From positions 62,001-126,000 of the forward strand of contig CM075989.1 of NCBI GenBank assembly GCA_038087875.1: 64,000 bases of DNA. The letters are read 5' to 3'. A program made the translations under genes and the position numbers. Under the pieces are notes generated by a model. It searched no databases. It saw only the letters and a list, made by a program, of their open reading frames with translations, and had not been told where the DNA came from. This document shows, in pieces, positions 25,241 to 37,914 of this stretch. Numbering within the stretch: the first letter of the stretch is position 1; each line of letters opens with the position of its first letter. The DNA is from Malacoraja senta (Eukaryota).

Positions 25241-25794
25241 ATGCACTGCAGACAGCCCACTTTGTCAACAGACTATAACGCAAACATTGTTCTTTAGCAA
25301 AACAGAAACCCAGCGAGTCAGGCACCATCTGGGAAGGGAAAAACAGGCGATATTACGTTTCGGGCCCTTCTCGCTAAAGGGATAAAGCTGGAAAAGAGAG
25401 ATGGGGACTAGAGAAAGAGGCAAGTGGGTGGTCGGTGCGTGTGACCGCATGGATTAGCAGATGGACGGAGCAAGTTACAAAGGACACAGAATGTTGTCAG
25501 ATAGGAGAGAAGTGGAAAGAAATTTGAAGCCAGAGAGAGGGATATATTTGGAGGGGAATAATGTCTCGCGGATTGGAGAAATGGGTAAGCAGGAAAAGCC
25601 GCAGTGGTAGTGGGTGAGGGGGGTAGTGTGAGAAATTGATGTGCAACAGTGTTGCGGAAGAGAGTTTGTTTGGAATCATTGTTGTAAATTGGATTGTGCA
25701 ATGTCAATACTGGAAGCTGTCAACAGACCAAGAGAAAGTATTGTTCCTCCTGTTACCTGGCGATCTAATTTGCTTCGCTCCTTTTTGAATAGTT

Positions 25795-28480
25795 TATTCC
25801 ACCATTCAATCATGGCTGATCTCTGCCTCTTAATCCCATTTTTTTTCATTCTTGACTGCCGTTCTTGTTCACAATTTGTCTTTCTCTGCATTAAAAATAT
25901 CCACAGTCTTGGTCCTCACAGGTTTCTGTGGGAATGTGTTCCGCAGATTAAAATTACCCTTTGAAGAAAGAAGTTCCTTCTCACCTCCATTCTAAAAGAG
26001 CGCCCTCTAATTCTGAGGCTATGACCTTTGGTCCTTGACTCTTCAACCAGAGGAAACATCCTTTCCAAATCCACTGTCTATGCCTTTCTTTATTGTATAA
26101 TTTTCATTGAGGTCCCCCCTCAACCTTCTAAACTCCAGCGAGTAGAGGGCTCAGTGCTGTCAAACTCTCATCATATGCTGACCAACTGATTCCTGGAACC
26201 ATTCTTGCAAACTTCCTCTGGACCCTCTCCAGAGCCAGCAAATCCTTCCTCAGATATGGGGCCCAAATTTGCTCAAAGTACACTAAATGCAGCCTGGCCA
26301 GCGCCTTATAGAGGCGCAGCATTACATCTCCGTTTTTTGTATTCCAGTCTCCTTGATAAAAATTGAATTTGCTTTCCTTACTCCAGATTCGATTTGCAAA
26401 TTAACTTTTTGGGAGTCCTGCATAAGCACTCCCTGTGTCCCTTTGTGCCACCGATTTCTGGATTCTCCCTCCATTCAGAAAATATTCTACTAATTTATTC
26501 TTATTACCAAAATATACAATAGACAATAGGTGCGGGTGTATGCCATTCGGCCCTTCGAGCCAGCACCACCATTCAATGTGATCATGGCTGATCATCCCCA
26601 ATCAGTACCCCGTTCCTGCCTTCTCCCCATATCCCCTGATTCCGCTATTTTTAAGGGCGCCATCTAGCTCTCTCTTGAAAGTATCCAAAGAACCGGCCTC
26701 CACGCCCTCTTGAGGCATAAAATTCCACAGACTCGCAAATCTCTGTGTGAAAATGTATTTCCTCGTCTCCGTTCTAAATGGCTTACCGCTTATTTTTAAA
26801 CTGTGCATATTCTTACATTCTTAACCTTGTTCTGGACTCCCCACACATCGCGAACATGTTTCCTGCCTCTAGCGTGTCCAAACCCTTAATAATCTTATAT
26901 GTTTCAATAAGGTACCCTCTCATCCTTCTAGTCTCCAGTATATACAAACCCAGCCACGCAATATGACAGTCCTGCCATCGCAGGAATTAACCTTGTAAAC
27001 CAATGCTGTATTCCCGCAATAGCAAGAATGTCCTTTCTGAAATTATGGGACCAAAACTGCGCACAATACTCCAGGAGTGTTCTCACTAGGGCCCTATACA
27101 ACTACAGAATGACCTCATCACTCCTATACACAACTCATCTCATTATGAAGGCCAACATGCCATTCGCTTTTGTCATTGCCTGCTGTACCTCCATGCTTAT
27201 TTTCATTGACTGATGAACAAGGATTCCTAGATCCAGTTGTACTTCCCATTTTCCCAACTTGACACCATTTAGATAATAATCTGCCTTCCTGTTTCTGCTA
27301 CGAAAGTTGATAACCACACATTAAACTGCATCTGCCCACTCATCCAGCCTGTCCAAGACAGCATGCATTCTCATAGCATCCTCCTCACAGTTCGCAGTGC
27401 CACCCAGCTTTGTGTCATCTGCAAATCTGCTAATGTTACTTTGAATCCCTTCATCTAGTTCATAGATGTTTATTGCAAATAGCTGCGGTCCCAGCACCGA
27501 GCCTTGCGGTACCTCACTCGTCACTAGTTGACTCCATCCTTTCCTAAACTGAATTTCATCTGCTACCTCTCTGCCTACTCTTCTAACCTGCCCAAGTCCT
27601 TCAGCAGAGTCCTTGCCCCTTCACTTTTTATAGCATCATATTCAAACTTGGCCACAAAGCCTTCAATCCCTTTCTCCAAATCATTAATATATAACACGAA
27701 TAAAACTCCATTACTCACTAGCAGCCAAACTGAAAAAAAACGCCTTTTATTGCAACCATTTGCCATCTACCATCTAGCCAATCCGCTATCCATGATAGTG
27801 TCTTCTCTTGAATACCATGGGCTTTCATCTTCCATCGCAACCTGACATGCGACACTTTAACGAAGAACTTCTGAAAATCTAGGTAAACAACATCCCCTCT
27901 GCTGGTCCTGCTATTAACTTCCTCAGATCCAGCAGATTCGTCTTCATAAAACCATGCTGAATTTGGCCTGAATGTTATGGTGAAATTCCAAGTACTGCGT
28001 AACTTACTGCATTATAAATGATTCTAAAGTCCTACAACCACCAAAGTCAGGCTAACCGGCCTATAGTTTCCACTCTTCTGCTTTGCCCCCTTCTTGTACA
28101 GCGGGATGATATTCGCAATTATCCAATCTTCAGGATCCACTCCTAACTCTACAGGTTCCTGAAGTATCACAACTAAATCCTCCATAATCTCTGGGGTGTA
28201 GTCCATCCGGTCCAGCTGACGTATCCACGTTCAGTCCACTCAGTTTATCCAGCACGTTCTCTTTCGTAATCGCCACTCCACTAACTTCCAACCCCTGACT
28301 CTCTAGGTTTGCAGGCACAATACTCGTGTCTTCCACTGTGATAACTAATGCAAAGAAGTTATTAAATTCCTCTGCCATGTCTTGATTTGCCGTTATCACA
28401 TTTCTTGCATCATACTCCAGTGGCCCGACGTACACAAGTGCTTCTATTGTGTCTTAATATATCCGCAGAGACACTTGACT
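25795..28480 (-). mobile_element. nested older CR1-group LINE fragments; copy at about 56900-59585
   Basis: NYRPVSLT, VPQGSVLGP, FADDTKLGG, ANGMLAFI and GYGEKAGTGY remnants; a younger piece (about 26520-27530) sits inside an older one. Confidence 0.8.
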
Positions 28481-28654
28481 TCCTTTTCAGACACTGTCTT
28501 ATTCTTTCTTTTTTATGTCTTCCACTCTGGGATGAAAAGATGCTGCAACTTCCAAATTACTCACAGACAACGCTGCCATTCCGACTCCACTGTCATTCCT
28601 TCTTGAGTTTCTTGCAATTGACTTTTGTCATTTCCTCTCTAATGTGTCCCTAGT

Positions 28655-29848
28655 CAAGAGAATTGTATTGAACTTCTCCAGGTGCACAGTAGAGAGCATA
28701 CTAACTGGTTGCTTCGTGGGCCGGTTCGGCAACTTGAACGTCCAGGGGCGGAAAAGAATGCAAAAAGCTGAGGACACTGCCTAGTCCATCACCGGCTCTG
28801 ACCTCCCCACCATCGAAGGGATCTATCGAAGTCGCTGCCTCAAAAGGACAGCCAACATCATCAAAGACCCACACCTTCCCGGCTGATCTCACCATTGCCA
28901 TCGTGACGAAGGGACAGGATCCTGAGAAATGTAACGTCCAGGTTCCGGAACAGGTCCTTCCCTAAAGCCATCAGGCTATTAAACACGACAACAAATAAAC
29001 TCTGAACTACAAACGACTATTATCATTATTGCACTAAATGTCTTTATTTATTGAGTGTGTGCATGTATATATATACACACTGAACTTTGTTTCTCCAATT
29101 ATGTGTAATGTTTACCTATTCTGTTGTGCTGAAGCAAGCAAGAATTTCATTGTCCTATTGAAAAAGAGTTAAATTTGGTCAAGTTTTGTTCGTAAATTAA
29201 AATAGAGTTTTCTGAAAGAACAGAAAGCAGTCATCTTTCAAGTGGAATTTTTCCCAGCAGTAAAAAGGTATAGGAAAATTTTAGAAGCTCGGTTTATACT
29301 AATCATTGAAACAATGTATTAACAATGTATTAACATAGAGGTGTATTGTCTGGGCACAGCACCATATTAGATATCTGTCTGAACATCCTGTCCCAGCTAA
29401 GGACAAAGTAGTGGCTTTCATCCAAGTCTTACAAGCTTCTTTTAGTTCACTGACGGATGTCCATTCCGGAAACAAAATGGAAGTCATTTGAAAACAAAAA
29501 GGGAGTTAGTTGTCCTTCCGGGATGGGCAGCTGTACTGAAGCTATGCCAAGATTTGAGAATAAGGCTGATATTGCATATATATGGGTCCAGCCTCTCCTG
29601 TTTTCCTTAGGCTACAGATCTTTCAGTCAGATTTAGAAGGTGTGTTTATTAATAAGGAATGACTATAACTTTACTAACTTTTTTTTGTTCAGAGAGTGTG
29701 CGACAGGAAAGCGAAGGTATATAGCTTCCAGCACACACCCGCTAGTGAATAAAAGGATCTTGCCTTGTTTGACTTGTCTGTGAAAATAATCGAAACTTAA
29801 CACTATCTGGGACATATGACAATAAAACACTCTTGACTCTTGACTCAT
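28655..29848 (+). mobile_element. Rex1/Babar-like LINE 3' end with interrupted 3' UTR; copy at about 59760-60957
   Basis: RCTVESILTGC...SITGSDLPTIEGIYRSRCLK...IIKDP remnant and a GACAATAAA(CTTGACT)n tail; a similar short tail is inserted at about 20225-20331. Confidence 0.7.
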
Positions 29849-31467
29849 GACAACTGTAAATCCAATATCCAATCTTGCCTTCTGTCTTACAAATTGCAGT
29901 TTGATATCTATCAAATCCTGATCACTGCCTCCTCGGGATATCTTCACAATCTCCCGAATGAAACCTGGTTCATTGCGCACACTTAAATGCAAATTGACTG
30001 TTAACCACTGTGTGCGAGAAGCAGCTGCTCAAAGAAGGGATTTCAGCGGCAACCTGGGGTCAAGGAAAGAGTGTACACGTCGCGGCCCTGTTTTCACGAC
30101 TCACTGACCCACTGGACAGGTTTCCCCGGTCACACCATCGACCATCGCTCATAACCATTCCATCTCTGGTCCAGCCCGTAGAAGGGAAAGATGTCAAGAG
30201 GTGGAACTTCCGGAAAGCAAACTGGGTGGGCTTCACACAACAAGTGAATAAGGCAGCCGCTGGCCTCCAACACCCATGCCCCACCAACCTGAACAACGCC
30301 TATGACTCATACTGCAAGATGCTGTTGGCCGCCGCCAAGAAGAACATGCCCCGCGGTGTACGTAAATCCTATGTTCCCTGTTGGGATGATGAATGTGAAG
30401 CCTACTTCGTGCCCACACAGAATCACAAACCAGCGTAGACAGGGAAATAGCAGCGAATGAACTAATCTGCAGACTAAATGAGAAACGCAGGCAAAGGTGG
30501 ACGGAGACATTGGAATCATTGATTTCACACACTCCAGCCGTCAGGCATGGCAGACCATGAATAAGCTGATGGGCAGGTCGACAACCCCAGTCCAGTGTCC
30601 CATCACTGCAAATACCATCGCGTCGCTACTGCTGAGCAATGGCCGCTTCCCCATCGCAGACAAGGACTTCACCAGAACAACATCGGCGAGAATCCACGAG
30701 CTGCACAGGGCCACGAGCTGCGACTCCAACCTATCCCACGATTTCACAACACAAGAAATCGAGCAGGCCATTGGACGGCTGAAAACCGGCAAGGCACCAG
30801 GCACCAGGCACCGACGGCATCCACCCAGAATACATAAAACACCAAGGCAAGGCAAATGACTGGTTGTGCTCCTTCCTCTCCACGTGTTTCCGCTGCCTGA
30901 AGCAGCCAAAGATCTGGCGCTGTGCCAAGGTGATCGCTCTGCCAAAGCCAAACAAGCTTAGCGATGACCCCAAGGGATACAGACCCATCTCACTGCTGTG
31001 TGTGCCATACAAGCTCCTGGAACGTCTCCTCCACACATGCCTCAAACCTGTGATCGACCCCCAGCTTCCTAAAGAACAGGCTGGCTTCCGAAGCGGTAGG
31101 TCAACGGCGGACCAGGTGACCCTCCTGTGCCAAGACATAGAGGACAGCTTCCAGGCAGGCGAGAAGGCTGGCGCTGTCTTCTTCGACCTCACAGCTGCAT
31201 ATGATACCGTCTGGCTGCGTGGACTACACATGAAGCTTCTGGAAACCATCCCAGACAAGCTCATGGTGAGCTTCATCATGGAGATGCTGAGCAACCGCAG
31301 CTTCAGGCTACACACCAGCAACGGGAAATGCAGCAGGATGAGGAAACTTCAGAACGGCGTCCCACAGGGTTCAGTGCTGGCACCAATGCTGTTCAATATC
31401 TACATCCATGACCTGCCTGCAACCCAGTCAAAGAAGTATGGCTATGCTGGTGACCTGGCCATTCTAC

Positions 31468-34400
31468 GCACCACAATAATTAAGGTCATTAAAACTGGTA
31501 AAAATGCATGACGACAATCAAAAGAAAATAGGAGGAATCACATTATGTAGTTGGAATATAAGGGGGATTAATGAACCTATTAAAAGGGGCAAGATACTAG
31601 CTCAGTTGAAATCATACAACACGGACATTGCGTTTCTACAGGAAACACATCTTAAACAGCAAGATCAGACAAGACTGAGGGCGAACTGGATAGGCCAAAC
31701 ATTTCACTCTTCATTTACCTCCAAATCTAGAGGTACTGCAATTATTATTCGTAAAGGAATTCCATTTAAATCAAAGAACACTATTTTAAATAAGGAAGGG
31801 AGATATCTTATAGTAGCAGGGGAGATCAATAATATGCCAATTACGCTGGTAAACATATATGCGCCCAACTTTGATAACCCTCAATTTTTTAATAAAATTC
31901 TGAATATAATTGCAGAATCTAATTATCAAAATGTTATAATCGGAGGAGATTTTAATTGTGTTTTAGATCCTTATTTAGATAAATCGATGCAAAAACAAAA
32001 AGGTCAGACGAAATCTAAAACCAGTGAACTCTTACACACATATATGGAAAACACAAATATAACAGATGTATGGAGGATTGCAAACCCGACGGGAAGGGAT
32101 TACTCGTTTTATTCAATGGTGCATAAAACATATTCACGGATAGACTATTTTCTTGTGGATACAAAATTAATTTCGCAATCTCTGAATCCTAAATATCATA
32201 TTAATGCGATCTCAGATCATTCTCCGTTAACTTTTGTTCTAAAACTAGAAGGAATGTCTATGAATAAACCGTTCTGGAGGTTTAACTCACAAATTTTAAA
32301 AGACCCTCAAGGGAGTATCTATCTAAAAAAACAGATGGATCTATTTTTTGAGTTAAATGATACACCAGAGATATCCCCCACGTTATTATGGGAATCCTTC
32401 AAAGCATTTATAAGAGGAGTCATTATTTCATTTCAAGCTTATCAAAATAAAAAGAATAAGAATGAACAAAGACACTTAGAAGATCAAATAAAACAGTTAG
32501 ATATAGATAATGCTAAAGACCCAACTATGGATAAACATAATAAAATACTACTACTGAAATTTCAGTTAAATAAATTACTGTCAGAGAAAGTTATAACATT
32601 ATTTCAAATCACAAAACAAGAACACTTCGAATTCGGGGACAAACCCCACAAACTTCTAGCACGACAACTTAAAAAACGGGAAAAAGAGAATGCAATATTA
32701 AAGATTAAATCAGATAGAGGGGAAGTATTAACACTACCCAAGGATATTAATAAAAGATTTGCTCAATTTTACCAGAATCTATACACATCTAAAACGTCAA
32801 TAGACAATAATAAAATCTCAGAATTTTTAGATAATTGTAATCTACCACAATTAGAACGCAGGGAACAAGAGGAACTGGGAGCACAAATTACTTCTAAGGA
32901 GATAGAAGACACAATAAAAACACTAAAAAATGGAAAAACACCAGGACCAGACGGATTCAGTAATGAATTTTATAAATCTTTTTATGATATAGTTACTCCA
33001 CGATTACAAAAAATGTATACATATGCTTATAAAGAGCAAAACCTACCTGAAACACTAGCGGAATCAACGATCATATTAATACTTAAAAAAGATAAAAATA
33101 TAGAAGAACCAGGATCATATAGAGCTATTGCTTTGTTAAATACGGATCAGAAAATAATAGCAAAAACATTAGCCAATAGATTAAGCAAGTATGTTAGTAG
33201 ACTAATACATGAGGATCAAACAGGATTTATACCTAAGAGACACTCATTTAATAATTTGAGACGTTTGCTTAACATAATGCATTCACATAAATCTTATGAC
33301 CAAGAGTTAGCTATCATCTCACTGGACGCAGAAAAAGCGTTTGATCAAGTAGAATGGGACTATATGATCAAAGTATTGCAAAAATTCCAATTGGGAGAAA
33401 ACTTTATTGCATGGATAAAACTACTATATAACAAACCTACGGCTAGAATACTAACTAATAATATATTATCTTCAAAATTCGAATTATCTAGGGGCAACAG
33501 ACAAGGATGTTCACTATCACCGCTGTTATTTGCTTTGGTAATTGAACCCCTTGCTGAAAAAATAAGAACACACTCGAATATTCACGGTTATAACACAAAA
33601 TATTCAAACAACAAACTATCCCTATATGCTGATGATGTACTACTGTACATCACAAAACCACAAATTAGTATACCAAATATATTAAACTTAATTGAGGACT
33701 TTGGATCCTTTTCAGGATATAGAATAAATTGGAACAAAAGTGAAATTATGTCGATTAAACCAAAAGACTCAACACATCTCAGGAAATTCCCTTTTAAAAT
33801 AGCTATGGAAAAATTCAAATATTTAGGAATTGAGATTACTAGAAATTACCATGATATGTTTAAAGCTAATTATAATCCCCTACTTAAGAAATTAAATAAT
33901 CTGATTAAATTTTGGAAAACACTTCCGATGTCCTTAATAGGTAGGATAAATGCTATAAAAATGATTTTCTTACCACAAATCCTTTACCTATTTCAATCAA
34001 TACCTATATATCTCCCAAAAAAGTTTTTCAAAAAACTGGACTCAGACATTACAAATTTTATATGGGATTACAAATCCCACAGAATACAAAGAACACACCT
34101 TAACAAACGAAAAGAGTTGGGGGGTCTAGCGCTCCCTAACTTTATGTATTATAACTGGGCAGTAAATATTAAAAATATGATTCACCTGCTGGACAATTCT
34201 GCCCAGCAGGTGGACTGGATTATAATGGAAAAAGGGGATTGCTCCCCGAATAATATAGGAGCGATTATTCTCTCTCCAATAAATTTGAATAATAAAAATT
34301 ATAATAAAAATCCAATTATATATAGCACTATTAGAACATGGAAGCAAATAAAACAGAATCTAAAATTAAGAAACCTATCTCTCTTAATACCAATAGTCAA

Positions 34401-35626
34401 TAACCCATCGTTTAAACCTTCAATCATAGATAAAGCATTTATACAATGGGAAAGAATGGGAATTAAAACGCTCGAAGATCTGTATGAATTAGAAAAATTA
34501 CTATCATTCCAACAACTACAACTGAAATATAATTTGAAAAATAATCAATATTTTAAATATCTACAAATCTGTGACTATTTGAAAACACACACAAAAGATT
34601 ATTATAATATGCCTTCCGACTTACTAGATGAAGCAATGAAGACAAAGGCGGAATCAGTTAATTTAATATCATACTTATATAATATCATCTTAAATATAGA
34701 AATACCCACAACAGATGGAATTAGAAGAGATTGGGAACAAGATCTAGGTATAAAAATTTCAAAAGAGAGTTGGGATAATCATTTATTACAGGTGCATAAA
34801 TGCTCGATCAACGTACGACATACGCTTATCCAATTTAAAACATTACATAGATTATATTATTCAAAAACCAAACTAAATAAAATCTTTCCTAACGTCTCAC
34901 CAATCTGTGATAAATGTATATGTCAAGAAGCTACCATAGCACATTCTTTTGTTTTTTGTACAAAAATCCAAAAATTCTGGTTTGAAATATTTGATATTTT
35001 TTCAAAATTAATCAAAATAAAACTGGTACCAAAACCAGAATGGATTATTTTTGGAATATCGGAAGGTATTCCTGAATTAAACGTGTATCAGAAGAATTTA
35101 CTCAATTATGGGCTAATAATGGGAAAAAAGCTTATACTTAAATTCTGGAAAAATGCGCCCACACCAACAATAAAAATGTGGACATCAAATATGTTGGAAA
35201 CATTACATCTGGAAGAGATGAGATTCCTCCTAGTAGGCAAAGTAGATCAATTTCAAAAGACGTGGTCTACGTTTTTGGACCTATTACAAGCATGAGGTGC
35301 AATAGTAATTTAGAAAAACAAATAAATAAATAAAAGGTATCTGGACCTGGTAATGGGAGGTAAAATAAAAACAGACTTGGTTGGTAGTTCCTTCTCTATG
35401 AAGTATGGTATAAGAGTTATAATAGAGCGATTGTTCCTTCTTTCTTTCTCTTTTTTTTTCTAGGGTCTATTTTCTAACTTTACTTCCTTCTCTAACTTCT
35501 TTTCTAAGGGGCTTTCTTTTCCCAACACTCTTTTGCACTTCACAACCTTTGCGCACTTTCTTAAAAAAAAAAAAAAAAAGAAAAAAAAAAAAAAAAAAGG
35601 GAAAAAAAAAAAAAAAAAAAAAAAAA
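31468..35626 (+). mobile_element. young L1-clade LINE truncated just upstream of ORF2, with 3' UTR and poly(A)
   Basis: Absent from the paralogous site near 62575; AT-rich; interrupted poly(A) at 35563-35626. Confidence 0.95.
31504..35295 (+). CDS. L1-clade ORF2: APE endonuclease, reverse transcriptase and C-terminal Cys/His motif
   Basis: Uninterrupted 1263 aa with WNIRG, LQETH, GGDFN, SDH, SLDAEKAFD, RQGCSLSP, YADD and CDKC...H...C. Confidence 0.95.
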   Translation: MHDDNQKKIGGITLCSWNIRGINEPIKRGKILAQLKSYNTDIAFLQETHLKQQDQTRLRANWIGQTFHSSFTSKSRGTAIIIRKGIPFKSKNTILNKEGRYLIVAGEINNMPITLVNIYAPNFDNPQFFNKILNIIAESNYQNVIIGGDFNCVLDPYLDKSMQKQKGQTKSKTSELLHTYMENTNITDVWRIANPTGRDYSFYSMVHKTYSRIDYFLVDTKLISQSLNPKYHINAISDHSPLTFVLKLEGMSMNKPFWRFNSQILKDPQGSIYLKKQMDLFFELNDTPEISPTLLWESFKAFIRGVIISFQAYQNKKNKNEQRHLEDQIKQLDIDNAKDPTMDKHNKILLLKFQLNKLLSEKVITLFQITKQEHFEFGDKPHKLLARQLKKREKENAILKIKSDRGEVLTLPKDINKRFAQFYQNLYTSKTSIDNNKISEFLDNCNLPQLERREQEELGAQITSKEIEDTIKTLKNGKTPGPDGFSNEFYKSFYDIVTPRLQKMYTYAYKEQNLPETLAESTIILILKKDKNIEEPGSYRAIALLNTDQKIIAKTLANRLSKYVSRLIHEDQTGFIPKRHSFNNLRRLLNIMHSHKSYDQELAIISLDAEKAFDQVEWDYMIKVLQKFQLGENFIAWIKLLYNKPTARILTNNILSSKFELSRGNRQGCSLSPLLFALVIEPLAEKIRTHSNIHGYNTKYSNNKLSLYADDVLLYITKPQISIPNILNLIEDFGSFSGYRINWNKSEIMSIKPKDSTHLRKFPFKIAMEKFKYLGIEITRNYHDMFKANYNPLLKKLNNLIKFWKTLPMSLIGRINAIKMIFLPQILYLFQSIPIYLPKKFFKKLDSDITNFIWDYKSHRIQRTHLNKRKELGGLALPNFMYYNWAVNIKNMIHLLDNSAQQVDWIIMEKGDCSPNNIGAIILSPINLNNKNYNKNPIIYSTIRTWKQIKQNLKLRNLSLLIPIVNNPSFKPSIIDKAFIQWERMGIKTLEDLYELEKLLSFQQLQLKYNLKNNQYFKYLQICDYLKTHTKDYYNMPSDLLDEAMKTKAESVNLISYLYNIILNIEIPTTDGIRRDWEQDLGIKISKESWDNHLLQVHKCSINVRHTLIQFKTLHRLYYSKTKLNKIFPNVSPICDKCICQEATIAHSFVFCTKIQKFWFEIFDIFSKLIKIKLVPKPEWIIFGISEGIPELNVYQKNLLNYGLIMGKKLILKFWKNAPTPTIKMWTSNMLETLHLEEMRFLLVGKVDQFQKTWSTFLDLLQA

Positions 35627-37878
35627 GAACGTTGTCATTCAAACAACACCTGCAAGGTGCCAATGCAAAGACAAGCGCCCGTGCCTCACTGATTCGCCGC
35701 CTAGCCGGCACCACATGGGGAGCCACGACGAAGACACTGTGCATGTCCACAGTGGCCCTGGTGTTCTCAGCCGCCGAGTAATGTCGGCTGCGTTAATGTC
35801 TTATGTCCTGGCTGTTTCCAAGTGGGTGAACCTCTTCACGAGAGGTATAACACCCGGGGATGTTTGCATTCCATGTTTCCCTCCCTTTCTCACCGTCACC
35901 CACCTTCTCTCTTCCTGTACCTTAGGTGTAACAATCTTACTGTAGGACTTGTCGAGGAACGACTCAGTTTCTCGGACGAACCTGAGGTCATCCACGTGCT
36001 TCTCCAGTTCCCCAACACGGTCCTTCAGGAGCTGTACCTGGATGCACTTCTCACATTTGTAGTAGCCAGAGGCACCAGCAGTGTCCTTGACCTCCCACAT
36101 ACTGCAAGCATCACACTGAATCAGGTTGCCTGACATCTCCTTCTTTCATCTCTCCCTCTCCAGCGTTTTGCGTAGCACTCATTTATTCCCCCTCATTAAA
36201 CCCCCTCATTTATTTATAAGCCTCTTTTTGCTGAGTTCTTAGCTTCTTGCGCTCCAAGAATTGAAGTCTGAGCCTATCCAATCAACAAAGCTGTGGCCCA
36301 TGAATCTTTGGCACTTCATCGTGCATCTTCACCACACTCCTTGCAGCTTACTGCCATCCTTCCCAAAGTAGAGTGATCACAACGGAACTCAACAGTGGAA
36401 ATGTGGCATCACCATGTCCTTCTACAACCATAAAATAACATCCCCATCTATGTCCAAGACACCTTACGCGCTCTTAGTCTCCTTCATGACTTCCATTTTC
36501 CAGGCCCCTACTCCCTCATCTTCCCCCTGGATTTCCAGTCACTCTACACCTCCATCCCCCACCAGGAAGGTCTTAAAGCCTTCTGTTTCTTCCTCGACCG
36601 GAGAACCCTGTCTAGTAATACCCTCCTCCGCCTAGCGGAGCTGGTCCTTACCCTCAACAACTTTTCTTTTGATTCCTCCCATTTCCTCCAAATCCATGGC
36701 GTAGCTATGGGCACGCGCATGGGCCCCAGCTATGCCTGCCTTATTTAAGGGTATGTAGAACAATCCTTGTTCGAGGCGTACCTTTGCCCTACCCTCAAAC
36801 TCTACCTCCGCCACATTGACGACTGCATTTGGTGCGATCTCCTGCACCCATGCAGAACTCACTGACCATCTATTTCACCATTAACTTCCATCTGGCACAC
36901 AAATTCATCTGGTCCATTTCCGACATCTCCTTCCCGTTTCTCGACCCCACTATCTCCATTGCAGGTAACAGACAACAGACCGGCATCTACTACACACCCA
37001 CTGACTCCCATAGCTATCATGACTACATTTCTTCGCACCCTGCTTCCTGAAAGGACTTCCGCTGCTCCCAATTCCTCGGTCTACGCCACACCAGGATGAG
37101 GCTTTCCAAAACAGGGCATCGGAGATGTCCTCATTCTTTAGGAAACGGGGGTTCCCCTCCTATTATAGATGTGTCTCTCACCAGGTTCTCCTCAATATCC
37201 CGCAGTTTCTCCCTCACTACCAATCCCCCTACTCGTAACAAGGACAGAGACACCTTGCCCTCACCTTCCACCCCATCAGCCGTCGCATACAACATATAAT
37301 CATCCGACATTTTCGCCATCTCCAACGGGATCCTACCACTGGCCACATCTTTCCATCTCTTTCCCTTTGTGCTTTCCGCGGAGACCGTTCCTTCCGTAAC
37401 GCCCTGGTCAATTCGTTCATTCCCACCAAAACCGCAGGAGATGCAACACCTGTCCATTTACCCCCCCCCCCTCGACTCCATCCAAGGACCCAATCACTAT
37501 TTCCAGGTGAGGCATCTCCTCCAATCTCATCTAGTGCATCCGCTGTTCCAGGTGTCCATTTCTCTAGACCAAGCGATCACTTCGCCCAACACTTTTGCTC
37601 AGTTTGCACTAACCAACCCGATCTCCCGGTGGGTCAGCACTTCAACCCCCCTCCCATTCCAAATCTGACCTTTCTGGCCTGGGCAAATTGAGGCCCAGTG
37701 CAAATTGGAGGAACAGCACGTCATATTTCGCTTGGGTGGTTTATACCCCAGCGGTATGAACATTTACTTCTCTAATTTCAGATGTACCTTCATTTCTCCT
37801 TCCTTCCCCTCCCGTTCCCAGCTCTCCCTCAAGCCTACTGTCTCCCCCTCTTCATTTATTTTTCCCACCCCCCCACAT

Positions 37879-37914
37879 CAGTCTGAAGAAGGGTTTCAAC
37901 CCGAAACGTCGCCT
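37879..37914 (+). ncRNA. minimal hammerhead ribozyme motif with GUC cleavage triplet
   Basis: CUGAAGA-A-GGGUU(UC)AACCC-GAAA-CGUC at the 3' end of the older Penelope; half deleted in the paralogue at about 11440-11452. Confidence 0.65.

Noticed and set aside
25350..25380. Minus-strand hammerhead remnant (GAGAAGGGCCCGAAACGT)
   Set aside because: CUGANGA box missing; decayed Penelope-type tail.
35460..35781. poly-Lys and poly-Phe ORFs
   Set aside because: Translation of the L1 poly(A) tail.
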